A stretch of DNA of 59,127 bases, filler included, from Jimgerdemannia flammicorona (taxonomy: Eukaryota): assembly GCA_003990765.1 (NCBI GenBank). It is 2 parts of 2 records of this genome, joined end to end, with 100 filler letters (N's around TTAATTAATTAA, not from the genome) between each part and the next. Parts side by side here need not be neighbours in the genome. Positions count along the whole stretch, not along the records: positions 1 to 29,517 come from RBNJ01000494.1; 1 more part is not named here. One strand, written 5' to 3'. Below, piece by piece: positions 1-12,701 of this stretch. Below the pieces are notes generated by a model that was not told the origin of the DNA, made no database searches, and was given only the letters and a program-made list of their open reading frames with translations. The position numbers and the translations under genes are program-made. Within the stretch, counting starts at the first letter, position 1. Each line of letters opens with the position of its first letter.

Positions 1-1796
1 AAAAAGATATATTTATTTTAAATTGTTAAATAATAATAAGAAGACATATTAGCTTGAAAACTGTAAATATTTAATAAGTTTTTTTATTTTATTTTTATTT
101 TTATTTTTATTTTTAATATTCAAGCTACAATTCACATCATGTAATATCTTGGTTATTCAAAGATTGTAATTGGCCACTCATTCTAACATATATACCTTGG
201 AGAGATTTATTCAGAATTTTTATTACACTGGCTCTCTATCCCTTAGACTGTAATGCAGTTGGACTTGTCAATCACTAGTATTCAACTAATCGACTTTGTC
301 ATCCCAGTCAGTATGGTAATGCTTGTTCTCATCATTTTCTTGCCTGTCTGCTTGCTTGTCAAGAGGCTGCCCATCAGGATGCTCATCAGGAGGCTACCCA
401 TCATAATGCTCATTTTCTCACCTCACTGTCAATAATCAGCTATTGAATTCTTCAACATGATATTGTAGTCTCTCTATCAGGGGAATTCGATCAAAAAGGG
501 CGATCGGTTCACCCTCTTTATTGAGAATTACAACTCCCAATCATTTGCTCTTTGCCCAATATTGAGCATTGATAATGAAACAAGTGTCATACTTGTTGTT
601 GGGCACTTTGTTTGGTGGTGCAACAATGGCATCAATCTTACGCTTCCTCATTTCTTATTTTGCTTTTTTCTTGGTCTCCGATTTCGCTCTCCTCAACATT
701 GAATCATACTTCTACTTTTCCAGCATATCTTGAACATCAGGGTATGTGATTTGACAAAATACCTATGCACTTGGATATCGTTGGTGCCCTCTATGGTAAT
801 TGTTGTATGACTTGTGATCAGGTTCTGACTTCAGAGATACTGAGATATTGGGAAATAGGACATTATTAGGAAATAAATAAAAACTCTGCAGATTTCTAAT
901 TAAATTGATCTATATTAGAGTGAGGACAGGAATTACTTACTGATAAACAAAGGGTGGCAATGGTGAACAATGGCGAGGCAACAGTTTCAAGGGGACAGCA
1001 TCAGGGTGGAGCCTGAAGCAGAACCGGAAGACAGAAGCAAAGCACCAAAGTGGAGTGGTGATGGAGACCCAAAGAACGGTAATAGGAATGGGGAGCCAGA
1101 GAGCAGAAATGGGAATGGGAAGCCAGAGAGCAGAGACAGGATTGGGGAGTGGAGCAGAAATGGGAAAGAGGGAGCCAAGGAGCAATGAGTTTCTTTGACA
1201 GGCGATAGAGCTTTTAATATAATAAAGAATGATAACATAATGTCAAATTAAACAAGCTCAAGTCTATTGGAATAATTCGGAAATTATTCAGAAATCTTAC
1301 AGAAATTATTCAGAAATCATACAGAAATTATTCAGAAGGCATACCAGGTGGGGAATTCCTTAGCAAATGCATCGCCCAAGATCCGATAGTCTTTGTCTGC
1401 ATACCACCCATTCACTGCCCTTTATTGTTGATTTCTTAATGATCTTGTAGCATTCATCTTATAGCTTGTAGGCTTGTGGACTTGTGGTGTCCAAATTGAG
1501 GCCTCATGGAACAACGATCTAGTACAAGTACAAAGGGTGTTTGAAATGGTTCAATACAATGTCACCACATTATGACAAACTCTCATCCCATATATATCTC
1601 ATACTCATATCAATAATGTAAGCAAACAAGTTCACTTACAAAAACAGTAAGCAAACAAGTTCACCTACAAAAGCAGCAAGCAGACAAGTTCTTTATAAGC
1701 AAACAAGTTCACTTATAAAGTGCTCAAGTTCCCCACCTCTACCACTATACCCACCCCCCACTTCTACTGCTATACCCACCTCCCACCACCACCTCT

Positions 1797-3772
1797 ATGC
1801 TCCAGAAATTCATAAGAAAAAGCAGCAAAAGGAAGCAAACCATCATGGTTGAGATTCCATGCTGACTAGGTCACACAACCACCAATGATAAGGGCAAAAA
1901 CAAGGCCATACCTATCGCTTTCACCATTCTCGCCATGGATGATGAGGGTGTAGATGATGGGGATGTGGATGATGAGGATGGGGAATATGAGGATATGGAC
2001 GATGAGGATGTGGAGGACAATGACAAGAATATGGATGATGATGACAAGTATGTGGACAATGAGTTTGTGGATGACAATAATGATGACAACAATGATAATG
2101 ACAATGACGAACCTCTATCTGACCCCCCTGCTTTTACATACCTCAAACACAAGAAGCCTTTTTACTCAAAGCCTGCTCTCCCCAAGCATCTCGGATCCAT
2201 TCTCGAAGTCTTCTGCCTCTTCTTCTCTGACAAGATGTAAAAATAATTGTTGCCAACACAAATCACTACACCACAATGAAGATAGAGGATCCTACAACTG
2301 GTAGAGAGTGGAAGATTCTAACAGTACCTGAACTCCTTATCTTCATTGCCATTTGTATTTACTTCGGCCTTTTTCACACTGAAGGAAGCCTCGAGTGGCA
2401 GTGGGATATAGACCTCCAGAAGTCAAAACACCACATCCTTAAGTATATATCTCTGTTTCACTTCTAACAAGTCAAACAATTCCTTCATGTTTCCCTATAT
2501 GGCATACACAATGATGATTACTATATGGCAAAACTTGAGCCATTGTTATCTCATGTTCGAAAAATATCCCAAACAATATATCGACCAAGTTCTAATATGT
2601 CCATCGATGAGATGATGATATGGTTCATGGGCAGAAGCTTACATACTTACTGCATGAAGTTTAAGCTGATCTTGAAGGATTACAAGGTCTTCGCATTATA
2701 TGATTATGGTTATACATGGACATTCCTTCCAGATTTGCACACCACTAAAAGCAAGGAGATAGAGGATGACAATAACAATAAGTTTGGTATAATAGCATGT
2801 ACCATGATTCACCTGGTTGAATAATTATCTAAGACTCAGGGATTCAACATCTATATGGACAGATACTTCTCCAGCATTCCACTATTCAAATATCTACAAT
2901 CAAAAAGAATTGGGGCATGCAGAACAGTTAAAACAGATAGAACACAATTTTCAGAGAAACTCAAAATCAAACATAGCAAAGAGAAAGAGCTCAACTGGAA
3001 TATGTTGTCAGGGGTAGTCGTCAATAATGTTCTAGCATTGCTATGGAAGGATATCTCTGCAATCAAAATGCTAACTACCATTCATGAATTGCAAGGAGCG
3101 GAATAGAAAATTGAGTGTAAATGATGATGTCTGATGATAACCAAAGCTAACAAAACTCGAGTCCAAGTAACCTGGAGAAATGAATATTCTATAGATGTTG
3201 AGATTCCAAAGGTTATCAATGATTACAACCATCACATGGAAGGGGTCGACATTGCCGACCAACTCTGAGCATATTACTATACAAAAATTAAAGCCAAAAG
3301 AAATTGGTAGCTGATGTTCTTCTGGTTGTTGGATATCATGGTCATCAATTCATATCTTGTGTGCAAGACAGACAGGTCCAAGACTGACCACAAAACCTCC
3401 CGACTTGACTTGGCTTGGGGTCTCATAATGCTAGTAGGTGAGAAAGAAAAAGGAATGGAAATGAGAAAGATATGCAAGCATAGCCACAAAGAATAGATGC
3501 TGCCAAACCCCAAATATCCAAAGAACCCTCATGTCACAAAAAATTCCTACAATTTAGATCCCTCTCAACTTCTTTCCGGCAACCATCTATCTGCCATAAG
3601 AGACTGGCATGAGGCATGCATATGGTATCAGTTACAAGCAAAGACTGGCAAAATCACAATTAGCAAAAAGAACCCACCCCAGAGCAATATCATCTATCAA
3701 ATATGCAATGCCATTCTTTGTCTGAATTGAGAGCAAAACTGTTTTGCAGAATATCATACTTGGAAAGAATAG
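1797..3772 (+). pseudogene. piggyBac (DDE_Tnp_1_7/PGBD4-like) transposase pseudogene
   Basis: Colinear ORF pieces: acidic N-terminus, then VFCLFFSD..IVANTNHY, SIDEMMIWFMGR (D1), MDRYFSSIPLF (D2), YNHHMEGVDIADQL (D3), FFWLLDIMVINSYL and a C-terminal Cys/His region (CNAILCL..NCFAEYH). Multiple in-frame stops. TIRs and TTAA TSD not found. Confidence 0.9.
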
Positions 3773-3842
3773 GTATGTTAATGATCAGTGAGCAGGCAAC
3801 ACATAATACAACAAAGTAGAACCTCACTAAACCTGATACTTA

Positions 3843-3960
3843 TCTATTCTGAATCTATCCCGAATCTATTCTGAATCTATTCTGAATCTATTCTGAATCT
3901 ATTCTGAATCTATTCTGAATCTATTCTGAATCTATTCTGAATCTATTCTGAATCTATTCC
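3843..3960. repeat. 11-bp minisatellite (TCTATTCTGAA) x ~10
   Basis: Directly visible tandem array just downstream of the transposase. Confidence 0.95.
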
Positions 3961-4245
3961 AGAGCGTGCCAGTCATACCTGATCACAGACTTTGCTTGAA
4001 GCCTTGTTTCTTTTCCATTACTGGGGTGCCAATGGCCACCAACCTTGTTAGGACAATATCAGACATGGCTAGGTATATTATTCAGAAATAGCTATACATT
4101 TGCGAATAGTGTATATACACTTTACATAGTCAATCCAAACCCGACAAGGTGGTGCTCTTTATTGTAGTCTGAAGGAGACAGTTGTCATCACACTTTTGCA
4201 GCAATAAAGTTATAATAATAAAATGCAGTTAGCCATTTATTGAAA

Positions 4246-5939
4246 TCAATCTTCACAAATATCATTGATAATTTTGCAAATCTTATTCTCATCATCTGCT
4301 ATAGGCATACCTAGTATAAGCCCCTTTGCTAAGATGTGTTCGTGAGATAAAACTAAAGGATTTTTAAATGAAGCTAGTATCATGGTCCTGATATCTAGCC
4401 TTGATTTGCCTTTCATCTTATCTATTAATAGCTGAAGTTGTAATGTTTTCCGCAGCTGTTCCATATATGCCTTATACAGGGCTTTATGCTGGTCCAATGC
4501 TGCCACTGGTAGCTTGCCATTGTAATGTTCATGATATAGCACCGAGATGAGAGCCTTGATATCCGAAATCAAGACGAACACCAATGGTTCTTTCACCTTC
4601 AGTCTTTTGATAAGAAAGCTGGGATGGATGCATCATATTCCTTTTCGATCTTGAGTTGTTAAAGATAGCGACAGATATCTGTTAAGCATTGTTTAGAAAA
4701 AAAAAAGGTAAAAAAGTCATTAAGTCTGCTGACAATACAATCATACAACCTCCTAAATTATCTCCAAAAGCAACACAAAATCCATTTTCACGATGAATCT
4801 GAGAGAAATAGAAATTTACATAGATTACATACCTCCTTTTATCACTTCAAATACATATGCACTATTAATACTGATCAACAACATCTCTTTTACCAACTGA
4901 AGGCACCCTTTACAAACCCAGTAGTTCTCCAACTGACCTTTGAATAGATAATTCAAGCCTGTTACACTCACCTTACCACAACAGGTACATTTGTCACTAT
5001 CTGACATTCTCAACCTCTTGGTAATATTGGTTTTACCTATATCTGGCATCAATGACTGCTTTGGCAATTCATTTACCTTCTACAGCTCTTTAATCTCCAT
5101 GAATATCATGTGAAATGTATGAATGTCAGGATGAAGTTTCAGATCGTACATCAGTCCTCTAAGAATCAAGTCTTCTACCAGTGTGCACAGACACAGGGTC
5201 AGGCCAAAAATGGTTCTATGGTTATGGAGATATCTCCAGTATGTAGTGTTCATCTTTCGTGCCTTGTCCCATGGCGGATTGCAGGTCAGTAAGACATATA
5301 GCATGATGGATAGGGCCCAGATGTCAGCTGCAAATGGAATGAATCTAACTGATGACCATCGACCAATTCGGGTGATTTATATATAGGCGAACCAAGTACC
5401 GGCCATACTGTGTTGTTTTTGATATTAACTGATATGCTGAAGTCACAAAGTATGATATGCAAGCCTTCTGCACCAGATTTGTATAGCAAATTGTTATGCT
5501 TGATGTCGTAGTGAGCAATCTTATTGTTGTGCAGGTATAATATTGCATTGAGGAGCCCTCTGAAGATGACGAGGATGAGTTTTTGAAGGTCGGCCTCTTC
5601 TTTTGTTTGATCAATAAGGTCAGCCACCAGTCCTTCAGCATGCTCCATCTCGATTGATGTGGAATCTCTAGTCAAATATGCTTGAGAAGCTCATACGATA
5701 TTGAGGTGATCAAGTTTAAGAAGCAAGTTCATCTCATATTCAATTGTGGTGATGTCGAATGGCGTGGCACCTTCCCTGCTTAATATCTTGACCACACATA
5801 TCTCCCCATCTGGTTGACTTCTTTTGAAGACCACACTATAACTTCCGACACTAAGTTCATCACCCAGTTTGACTCTTTCACCTATTGTCTTGCCTTTCCA
5901 AAATTTAGCCTGAACATTTTTAATGGCCTGACTGGTCAT
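4246..5939 (-). pseudogene. Ser/Thr protein kinase pseudogene with C-terminal Cys-rich segment
   Basis: GSYSVVF, VVKIL, HLNIV*, HYDIKHNNLL, LCDFS, GSPIYKSPE and (frameshifted) ADIWAL..PPW kinase motifs, then CTCCG...VCKGC. Probable intron ~4680-4831 (GTATGT...TTAACAG). TGA at 5691, frameshift near 5330, further stops. Confidence 0.85.
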
Positions 5940-6039
5940 TATGAAACAGAAAACTGGAAAATGTGCAAATTAAACAGTAATTAAAAAGTGTACAAAAAAG
6001 ACAGACAAGAAAACATGAAAAAAAAAATGCGAAATGAAT

Positions 6040-6103
<64 letters not shown>

Positions 6104-9100
6104 CCCAAAAATATATACATACCTTGAAATCTTAAGGATGCTGAGTGTAAAGATGTTGAGGAATATAAAAATGTTAGGGAGTATAAGGAGCCTTATAGCT
6201 TAAGGAATAGAGCATAGTTTATAGTGAAAAGTTGTGAGGAGTATAATGTTTGGAGAATTATCAGGAGTAATTGCAGACAGCAAAGATTGCTGGAGAGTAT
6301 GAGGATGCCAGAGAGCATAAGGTACAAGAATGCTGGGGAATATATGATACTTATAGTGTAAGGAGCATAAGTGTAAGGAGGAGCAGAGCATGGGGAAATG
6401 ATAAAGAGTGACAAGCTCACAAAATTCGCTCTAAGTTTGCTTGGAAGTCACTCAGCCAATCAGAGTTAGCCATTTTAATGATGTCACCCATTTTGATGAT
6501 ATCATGACCAATCATAGTCTTCAAATTTTTGTAGGCAAATTTGCCTGCATTTGTCTACAGCCTAAGAGATATATATATAAATATAAAATATACCCCCCTC
6601 TAAAAAAAAATACAAACTAGAATAGAAGTAAACTAGAGCAAACTAAATATGACTAATAGGGTGCTATTTAGATAACTACAGAAGATTAAAATATCCTGCT
6701 TATAAGTATAAAAATAGGTAAAAAATATAGTAAAAGACTGGTAATATAGAAATTTTCACTAGTTGAAAAGTGTTCTGAAATATACAAAATATTTGTAGAA
6801 ATGTAATGTAATGTTATCTATATACATAATCCACTTGTAGATAAGAGATATAACCAATATATATATAAATATAGGTATAATATAAGAGACTTTTAACAGT
6901 CTGAAAAGTATCTTATGATTAATTGAAAAGACTCATTCCTTTAGTATACTGCTTGAACTTCAGCTTTAGAAGAGCTTTAGTAAGTAAATCTGTAATCATA
7001 TACTTTATAGAGATGTATTCTAAGTATATAACACTATTTACTATATATTTATAAATGAAATAGTACTGTATATTGATATGTTTCATTCTGCTGTAGTATA
7101 TTGAGTTCTTGGTGAGTGCTATCATCAATTGGTTATCTTGTTTGATCAGTATAGGGCTTTCTTGAGTGAAGCCAAGCTCTTTTAATAATTTGTAGAGCCA
7201 AATGGCTTCCTTTATTACTAATGACAATACCTGATATTTAGCTTATATAGATAATATTATAATAGAGGATTACTTATATATCTGCTATGAAATAATAGAT
7301 CCTTGGTCACCAATATGGAAGAGGTACCCAGTTATAGATTGATGGTCATCTAAGTCTCTATCCCAATTAGTATTACAAGCACTAGATAGCCAGATACCAT
7401 TACTTCTGCTTAATTTAATATTATTGTCCAGCATGAGCATATAGTATGCTGATTCCTTTAAGTATTGGAAAATCCTCTTAATGGTACTCTAGTATAAATT
7501 ATCATAGTAGGAGAAGTATTGCACCACCTTGTTAATAGTATAGAATATATCAGATCTTGTTCTTAGTATAAGATATATGAGAGAACCAACTGCTTGCCAA
7601 TAGGGAATATCTTTAGCACTATTCTTAATAAGTATATTATTATCATCTTTCTTAGGCATATTGTCAGGCTTCCTTAATTTTACAGAAGTATCTATAGGAG
7701 TGCTAACCAGCTTATATTCACTCATATTGAAGTATTCAAGGATGGCTTTAGTATATATCACTTGCAAGAGGTATATAGCATATACATATATTCCTGTCAT
7801 ATATAATCAATATCCCCAAAAGGAAGGACATATCACCCATATCAGTTATCTTGAATTCTTAGTATAGAGTCTTCTTTAATTTATTAAGCCTATTCTTACT
7901 GACTATAATAATGATATTATCAACCTATATACTAATGAATGCTATACCATCATCATAATACTAGATATACATATATACAATTATCTACTTTGTAATACTT
8001 GAATCTATTGTCAAGAAGATGTTTGTCAATTCTTTTATTTCATAGGTATGCTACTTGCTTAATGCTATATAATCCTTTATATAGTTTATATATGAGCTTA
8101 CCATTCTGGTTGTCATATAGTTCATATTCTTGTAGTTGATGAATATATAATTCAATATCTATATCACTATTCAGAAAGGCTGTCTTAACATCCATCTGAT
8201 GGATTTCTAGATTATATAGTGTACTAATTGTAAGAAGTATTCTAAGCAAAGTAAGCTTGAATACTAGTGAGAATATTTCATCATAATCAATACTGTAATC
8301 TTATAAGTAACCCTTAGCAATGAAGTGAGCTTTATACTACTCTACATCATTATCAGTATTATGTTTTATCCTATATACCTATCTTGACCCAATTACTTGA
8401 CAGTTTGGCAGAAGGGATATCAGATCCCATATACTATTCTCAATGAGTGAATCATATTCTTCATTTATTGTTTATTTCTATTTCTTATCATCAGGACTGA
8501 TTATGGCTTTATTATATGTGCTTGGCTTGTCAGAAGATATTGTAATATATGTACATTCATATGCTTTAGTATAGCTCACATAGTCCTTATATTGCTATCA
8601 TTTAGAGCTTATAGTATATCTCAATAGTTTTCTAAATTGAAATGAGTTTCTTGGCAAATATTAGAGTACTTTTGCTTCTATTTACCCTTCATAGAGGATA
8701 TTTCATTATTGGAGGATTTGCTATCATTATCTTTGATCTCTATTATTCTTGGCTCAGATATGTCTGACTCAGGCATATATAGTGATTGATAATAATTTTA
8801 ATTAACTGCTGGAGAGGTGGATGACAGTTATATTGGTTGCTATATTTGCACTAGCTAGAATATAGATATAGAGGTTTCAACTGATATCTTTAAGCAGATT
8901 TCCAAGTCTTTTTCTCTGAATTATATGTTATAAGAGATAACTATATACTACTTGTATAGATCCCATAACTGGTATATCTTCCTAGAATACCCAAAAAATA
9001 TGTGCTTACTTATCTTAAGTTTGAATTTATCCTGGATAGTATTGCTTTTGTTGAGGACATATGTCTTGCAGTCAAATATTTATAGATAAGATATATCAGA

Positions 9101-9610
9101 CTTGGATCTGCTTCATAATTTTTCAGAGATAAGATCATTATCTCTGAAATACTTATTATTATTATTGTTGCTAGCATCCTTAGTGATCAAGACATGCATT
9201 AATTATATATGTATACTGCAGTGCTTATTGCTTTGGCTCAATAAGAATATGATAGTCCAGTGGCATTTATCATCATATGTACTATTTCTATGGTCATATG
9301 GTTAAATTGCTTAACTATAACATTCTGCTGAGGCATATAGGGAGCCATCATTTGATAGGTTATGCCATATTTCATCAGTAACTGCTTGAACATATGGTTG
9401 ACATATTTGTATTCATTATCTGATCATATAGTATATATTCTATGTCCTGTCTCATTCTCAGTAATTGCTTTAAATTTTTTGAATTTATCCAAGACTTTAC
9501 TCTTCACTGATAGAATATATATATATACTTTATATATATGATCATCAATGAATATGAGAAAATATCTCTTATTAGAATATAATAGTATATATATCAGCCT
9601 ATATATATCT

Positions 9611-11111
9611 TGTCATGTAGTGGTCACTGAGTCCTTCAAATATGCCAGATTCTCTTCAAGATATATCTCTTAGACTAACTTAAGTTTGTTATAAGCAAGT
9701 TTTTATTGGAGTGCCTTCCTAAGGTCTTATAGTCCTCAAACTTCTTATCTTTAACTGTCTTGTTATCTCTTAGATTGCTTGTAAGAAAGTATGTGTAAGT
9801 GAAACCAGAACTGACTTTATTTCAGAGGAAATAAGAGGAGTATTTATACAAAATATAATTTAATAGTTGCTAAGATATAAAGCTAAATATAAATTCCAAT
9901 AACTAAAACTACTAAGTTCCAGGGTTGGTACTGATGGTTGTACAGGTTCAGGATGCTGGTATAATATCAGAATACTGGTATTGGAATAATTTCACATCAC
10001 CTCAGAATATCAGTGCTGGCATTATCCAGTGTTACATCAAAATACTGGTGCTGACATTATTCAGTATAACAAAGAACTTAGAGCAGAAAGTTCAGAATCA
10101 TGGGGGCTTCATCATCATCATCACTGAAGGAGATGAGATCTATAAATTCATCATTTTCACATACTTCGATGTCACATGAGATGATGTCATTGCTGATGAT
10201 ATCATCATATTTGGCAGTGTGGAAATTGGGGGCTCTCCAATCTATGAGATTCTCTTCCACAAAATAAGGGACAAATATGGAGTCTTGGGAAGGTCTAACC
10301 TGGATGCTTGGGCCTTGGAATACTGAGATCAATCCTTGTAAAAATTGGTCTGAGTTGTCCTGAAGGATAGAGTGCCAGAAGTCTTCTACCTCATCACTAT
10401 TGAGAGTGATAGTGGACTGGGCTTCTGTAGCCACCCTAGCTTCTAGTACATTGATATGACGGGATGACAGGTCTCTGAAATCTGAGACTCTAACATACTC
10501 CAAGTTAGGGATTGACCATGGTATATGCCTGAAGATCTGATGGATCTTCTTAGCTGTCCTTGCCTCATATATGTCCATGAGAGTGGCATCTTGTAGCTCT
10601 TGAGAGCTGGCCTGTGGGAACTCCTGGTAGAGGAGATTTCCTATTTCATACTCCTGCCACATTTAGAGGCATTCAGTAGCAATGGTGATACTTATTTCCA
10701 TTTCATAGCAGTAGAGGATGAAGTGATAGGGATCTGCAGTACCCAGATTAACACTAGGAGTCCTTCTTGAGCAGGTCCTCATGACTCTTCTGATGTCTTG
10801 GAACATCCTTTCTTTGACTGAAATACCTTGGTGGTTCCTTGACCTTGAGATTTGGTGGGTAGCAGGCATTTCATTTGTAGTAAGTCTTTGAGCTATTTTG
10901 GGATTGGTGGTTCTTATTGGTTACTGCTACTATGGTTCCTTGATCCTTCTTTTATATTCTTTAAGATACTTATACTGTGGTCACAATGACTCACAGTTGG
11001 TCATCATTGCTCATCTCATATACCATATGATCTTCTTGTGCTCCAATCTAGTGGCTTGCAAGGAAAGGCTGTCTCCTGTGCTGATGTCATCATTCTGGGA
11101 TCACCATTACA
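9611..11111 (-). repeat. 3' LTR of gypsy element
   Basis: TGTCATGTAGTGG...CATTACA on + strand, colinear with 16777-18287. Differences are almost all transitions. Confidence 0.95.
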
Positions 11112-11460
11112 TCTTCCTCCTGAATAAGGATCTTCCTGAGTATTCTTATTCATTGGTCCAGTTCTGAAAAATTTGCTGATCCCATAACCTCTGGCAAGGG
11201 GTCAAAAAGTAGTGTTTATGGGCTGACATCTTCTCTTTATATTTTGGTATGATAGTGAAGGGTTGCTCCCTTCATATAGAGCAAGGGCCTGATTCTGATC
11301 TTGACCAATCAGTTGACAGTTTGAACTCCTCTGACTTTGAAAGTCTCACAGATGAGTAGTTGTCAGTGCCATATCCCTTAGAGAATGGTTCAGACAGATA
11401 GCCTGCTGGTCATGGGATATGCTGTTATGATTCGTGAACTAGAACCTTACAGACAGTCAT
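10078..11460 (-). pseudogene. Gypsy ORF3 of unknown function (~460 codons) extending across the PPT into the LTR
   Basis: ATG at 11460 is in frame with ORF-track pieces 10663-10869 and 10078-10662. The frame has no frameshift and is broken only by TAA/TAG/TGA codons. The 5' LTR copy (17254-18045) has CAA where this copy has TAA (10663) and vice versa (17512). Confidence 0.75.
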
Positions 11461-11479
11461 CACATTTTACTTCTCTTAT

Positions 11480-12690
11480 ATAGGTTTGTGGTACTTCTTG
11501 AGTCTGTTCCTATGTACCATAGTAGGCAGTATGGTCCCTGAGAATTTTCTAAGCCAGAAGGTAGTTCTCTTGATATCTTGCATATAGAAGGGTCCTTCCC
11601 ATTTGGGCTCCAGTTTTCATGACCATAAGGCTTCTACTATATTTTAATACAGTAGAACCTTTTCTCCAATTCGGATGGGTTCTAGGGTCTTGTGATTCTT
11701 TTCTGCATTTTTTCTTGTCAGCACTTGTGACTTGGTGATATAATCTTCAGCCTTCTTCCTGATTTGGTATAGTCTCTGGATTTCTGCATCAACCTATCTC
11801 CAAGTTAGGTCTAGATTTGTTGCTGAGGTTCCATCAGAATCTTCTTCTCCAAAGAGCAGCTCTCTTGGGGTAAAGTGTGTGCTCTGTGATCATATGTCTC
11901 ATAGAATAGAGAGGGCAGTTGGGAGATAGTTATCCCAATTCTCATATGTCTCTGAGATCTTCGCTAGGATGTTTTTAAGGGTCTTGTTGGTTCTCTCTGT
12001 CTGTCTGTTTTCTTGAGGGTGGTACATAGTGGTCTTGATGTGCTGGATCTTGTATTTCTGATATATTATCTCATGGAATCCATTGACAAATTCTGTACCA
12101 TGGTCTATTGTGATTTGCTTTGGTGTCTTGTAGTGGCAGAAGATTTCTCGGTATAGGAAGTCAGCTATAGAGAGGGCATTGGCTTCTTGTAATGCTCCTG
12201 CCTCTATCTATTTGGTGAAGAGGACTACAATAACTATAATATAGTAGTTTCCTGATAGTATTACTGGTAGTGGTCCAATGATATCTATTGTGATGTAGTG
12301 GAAGGGGATAGGCTCAATTCTTAATAATCCAAGTGCCTGGTCTTACTGATCTTGTTTCTGTTTTTGGCACTTGTCACTCTCTTTGACAAATTGGCACAGG
12401 TCTTCTTCCATCTTGGGCCACCACATAGTTCTTCTTGCCTTGTTGTATATATTGGTTCCTTCTAAGTATCCTTGCTCATGTACTTCCTTCATTACTTGAT
12501 ATGTACTTCTTATATTTGGGTATTACTAGCTTTCCTCCTTTTATGAGTATAGTGTTGTCTAGTTCAAACTGTTTTCAAGTCTGGTTGATGATGGTGATTG
12601 TCCAGGGTTCGAGGTGGTTGGGCATCTTCTGCTGCCCAAGGTAGCTGATTAATCCATAGTATAGCTCCTTATTCATGTTGAATAGTCTTG
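11480..12690 (-). pseudogene. Gypsy integrase
   Basis: WWPKMEEDLCQFVKESDKCQK zinc region, IDIIGPLP, ITIDHGTEF, YHPQENRQTERTN and KWEGPFY (GPF/Y) motifs, with stops. Confidence 0.88.
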
Positions 12691-12701
12691 ATAGGGGTAT
12701 T

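Noticed and set aside
937..1238. Short ORFs over GGGAGCCAGAGAGCAGAAATGGGAAT repeats
   Set aside because: Low-complexity tandem repeat open in several frames, with no recognisable product.
5920..6203. Poly-Phe/poly-Lys ORFs (also 20722-21087)
   Set aside because: Artefacts of poly(A)/poly(T) tracts.
10078..11460. ORF3 as an envelope gene
   Set aside because: No signal peptide, furin site or transmembrane anchor evident.
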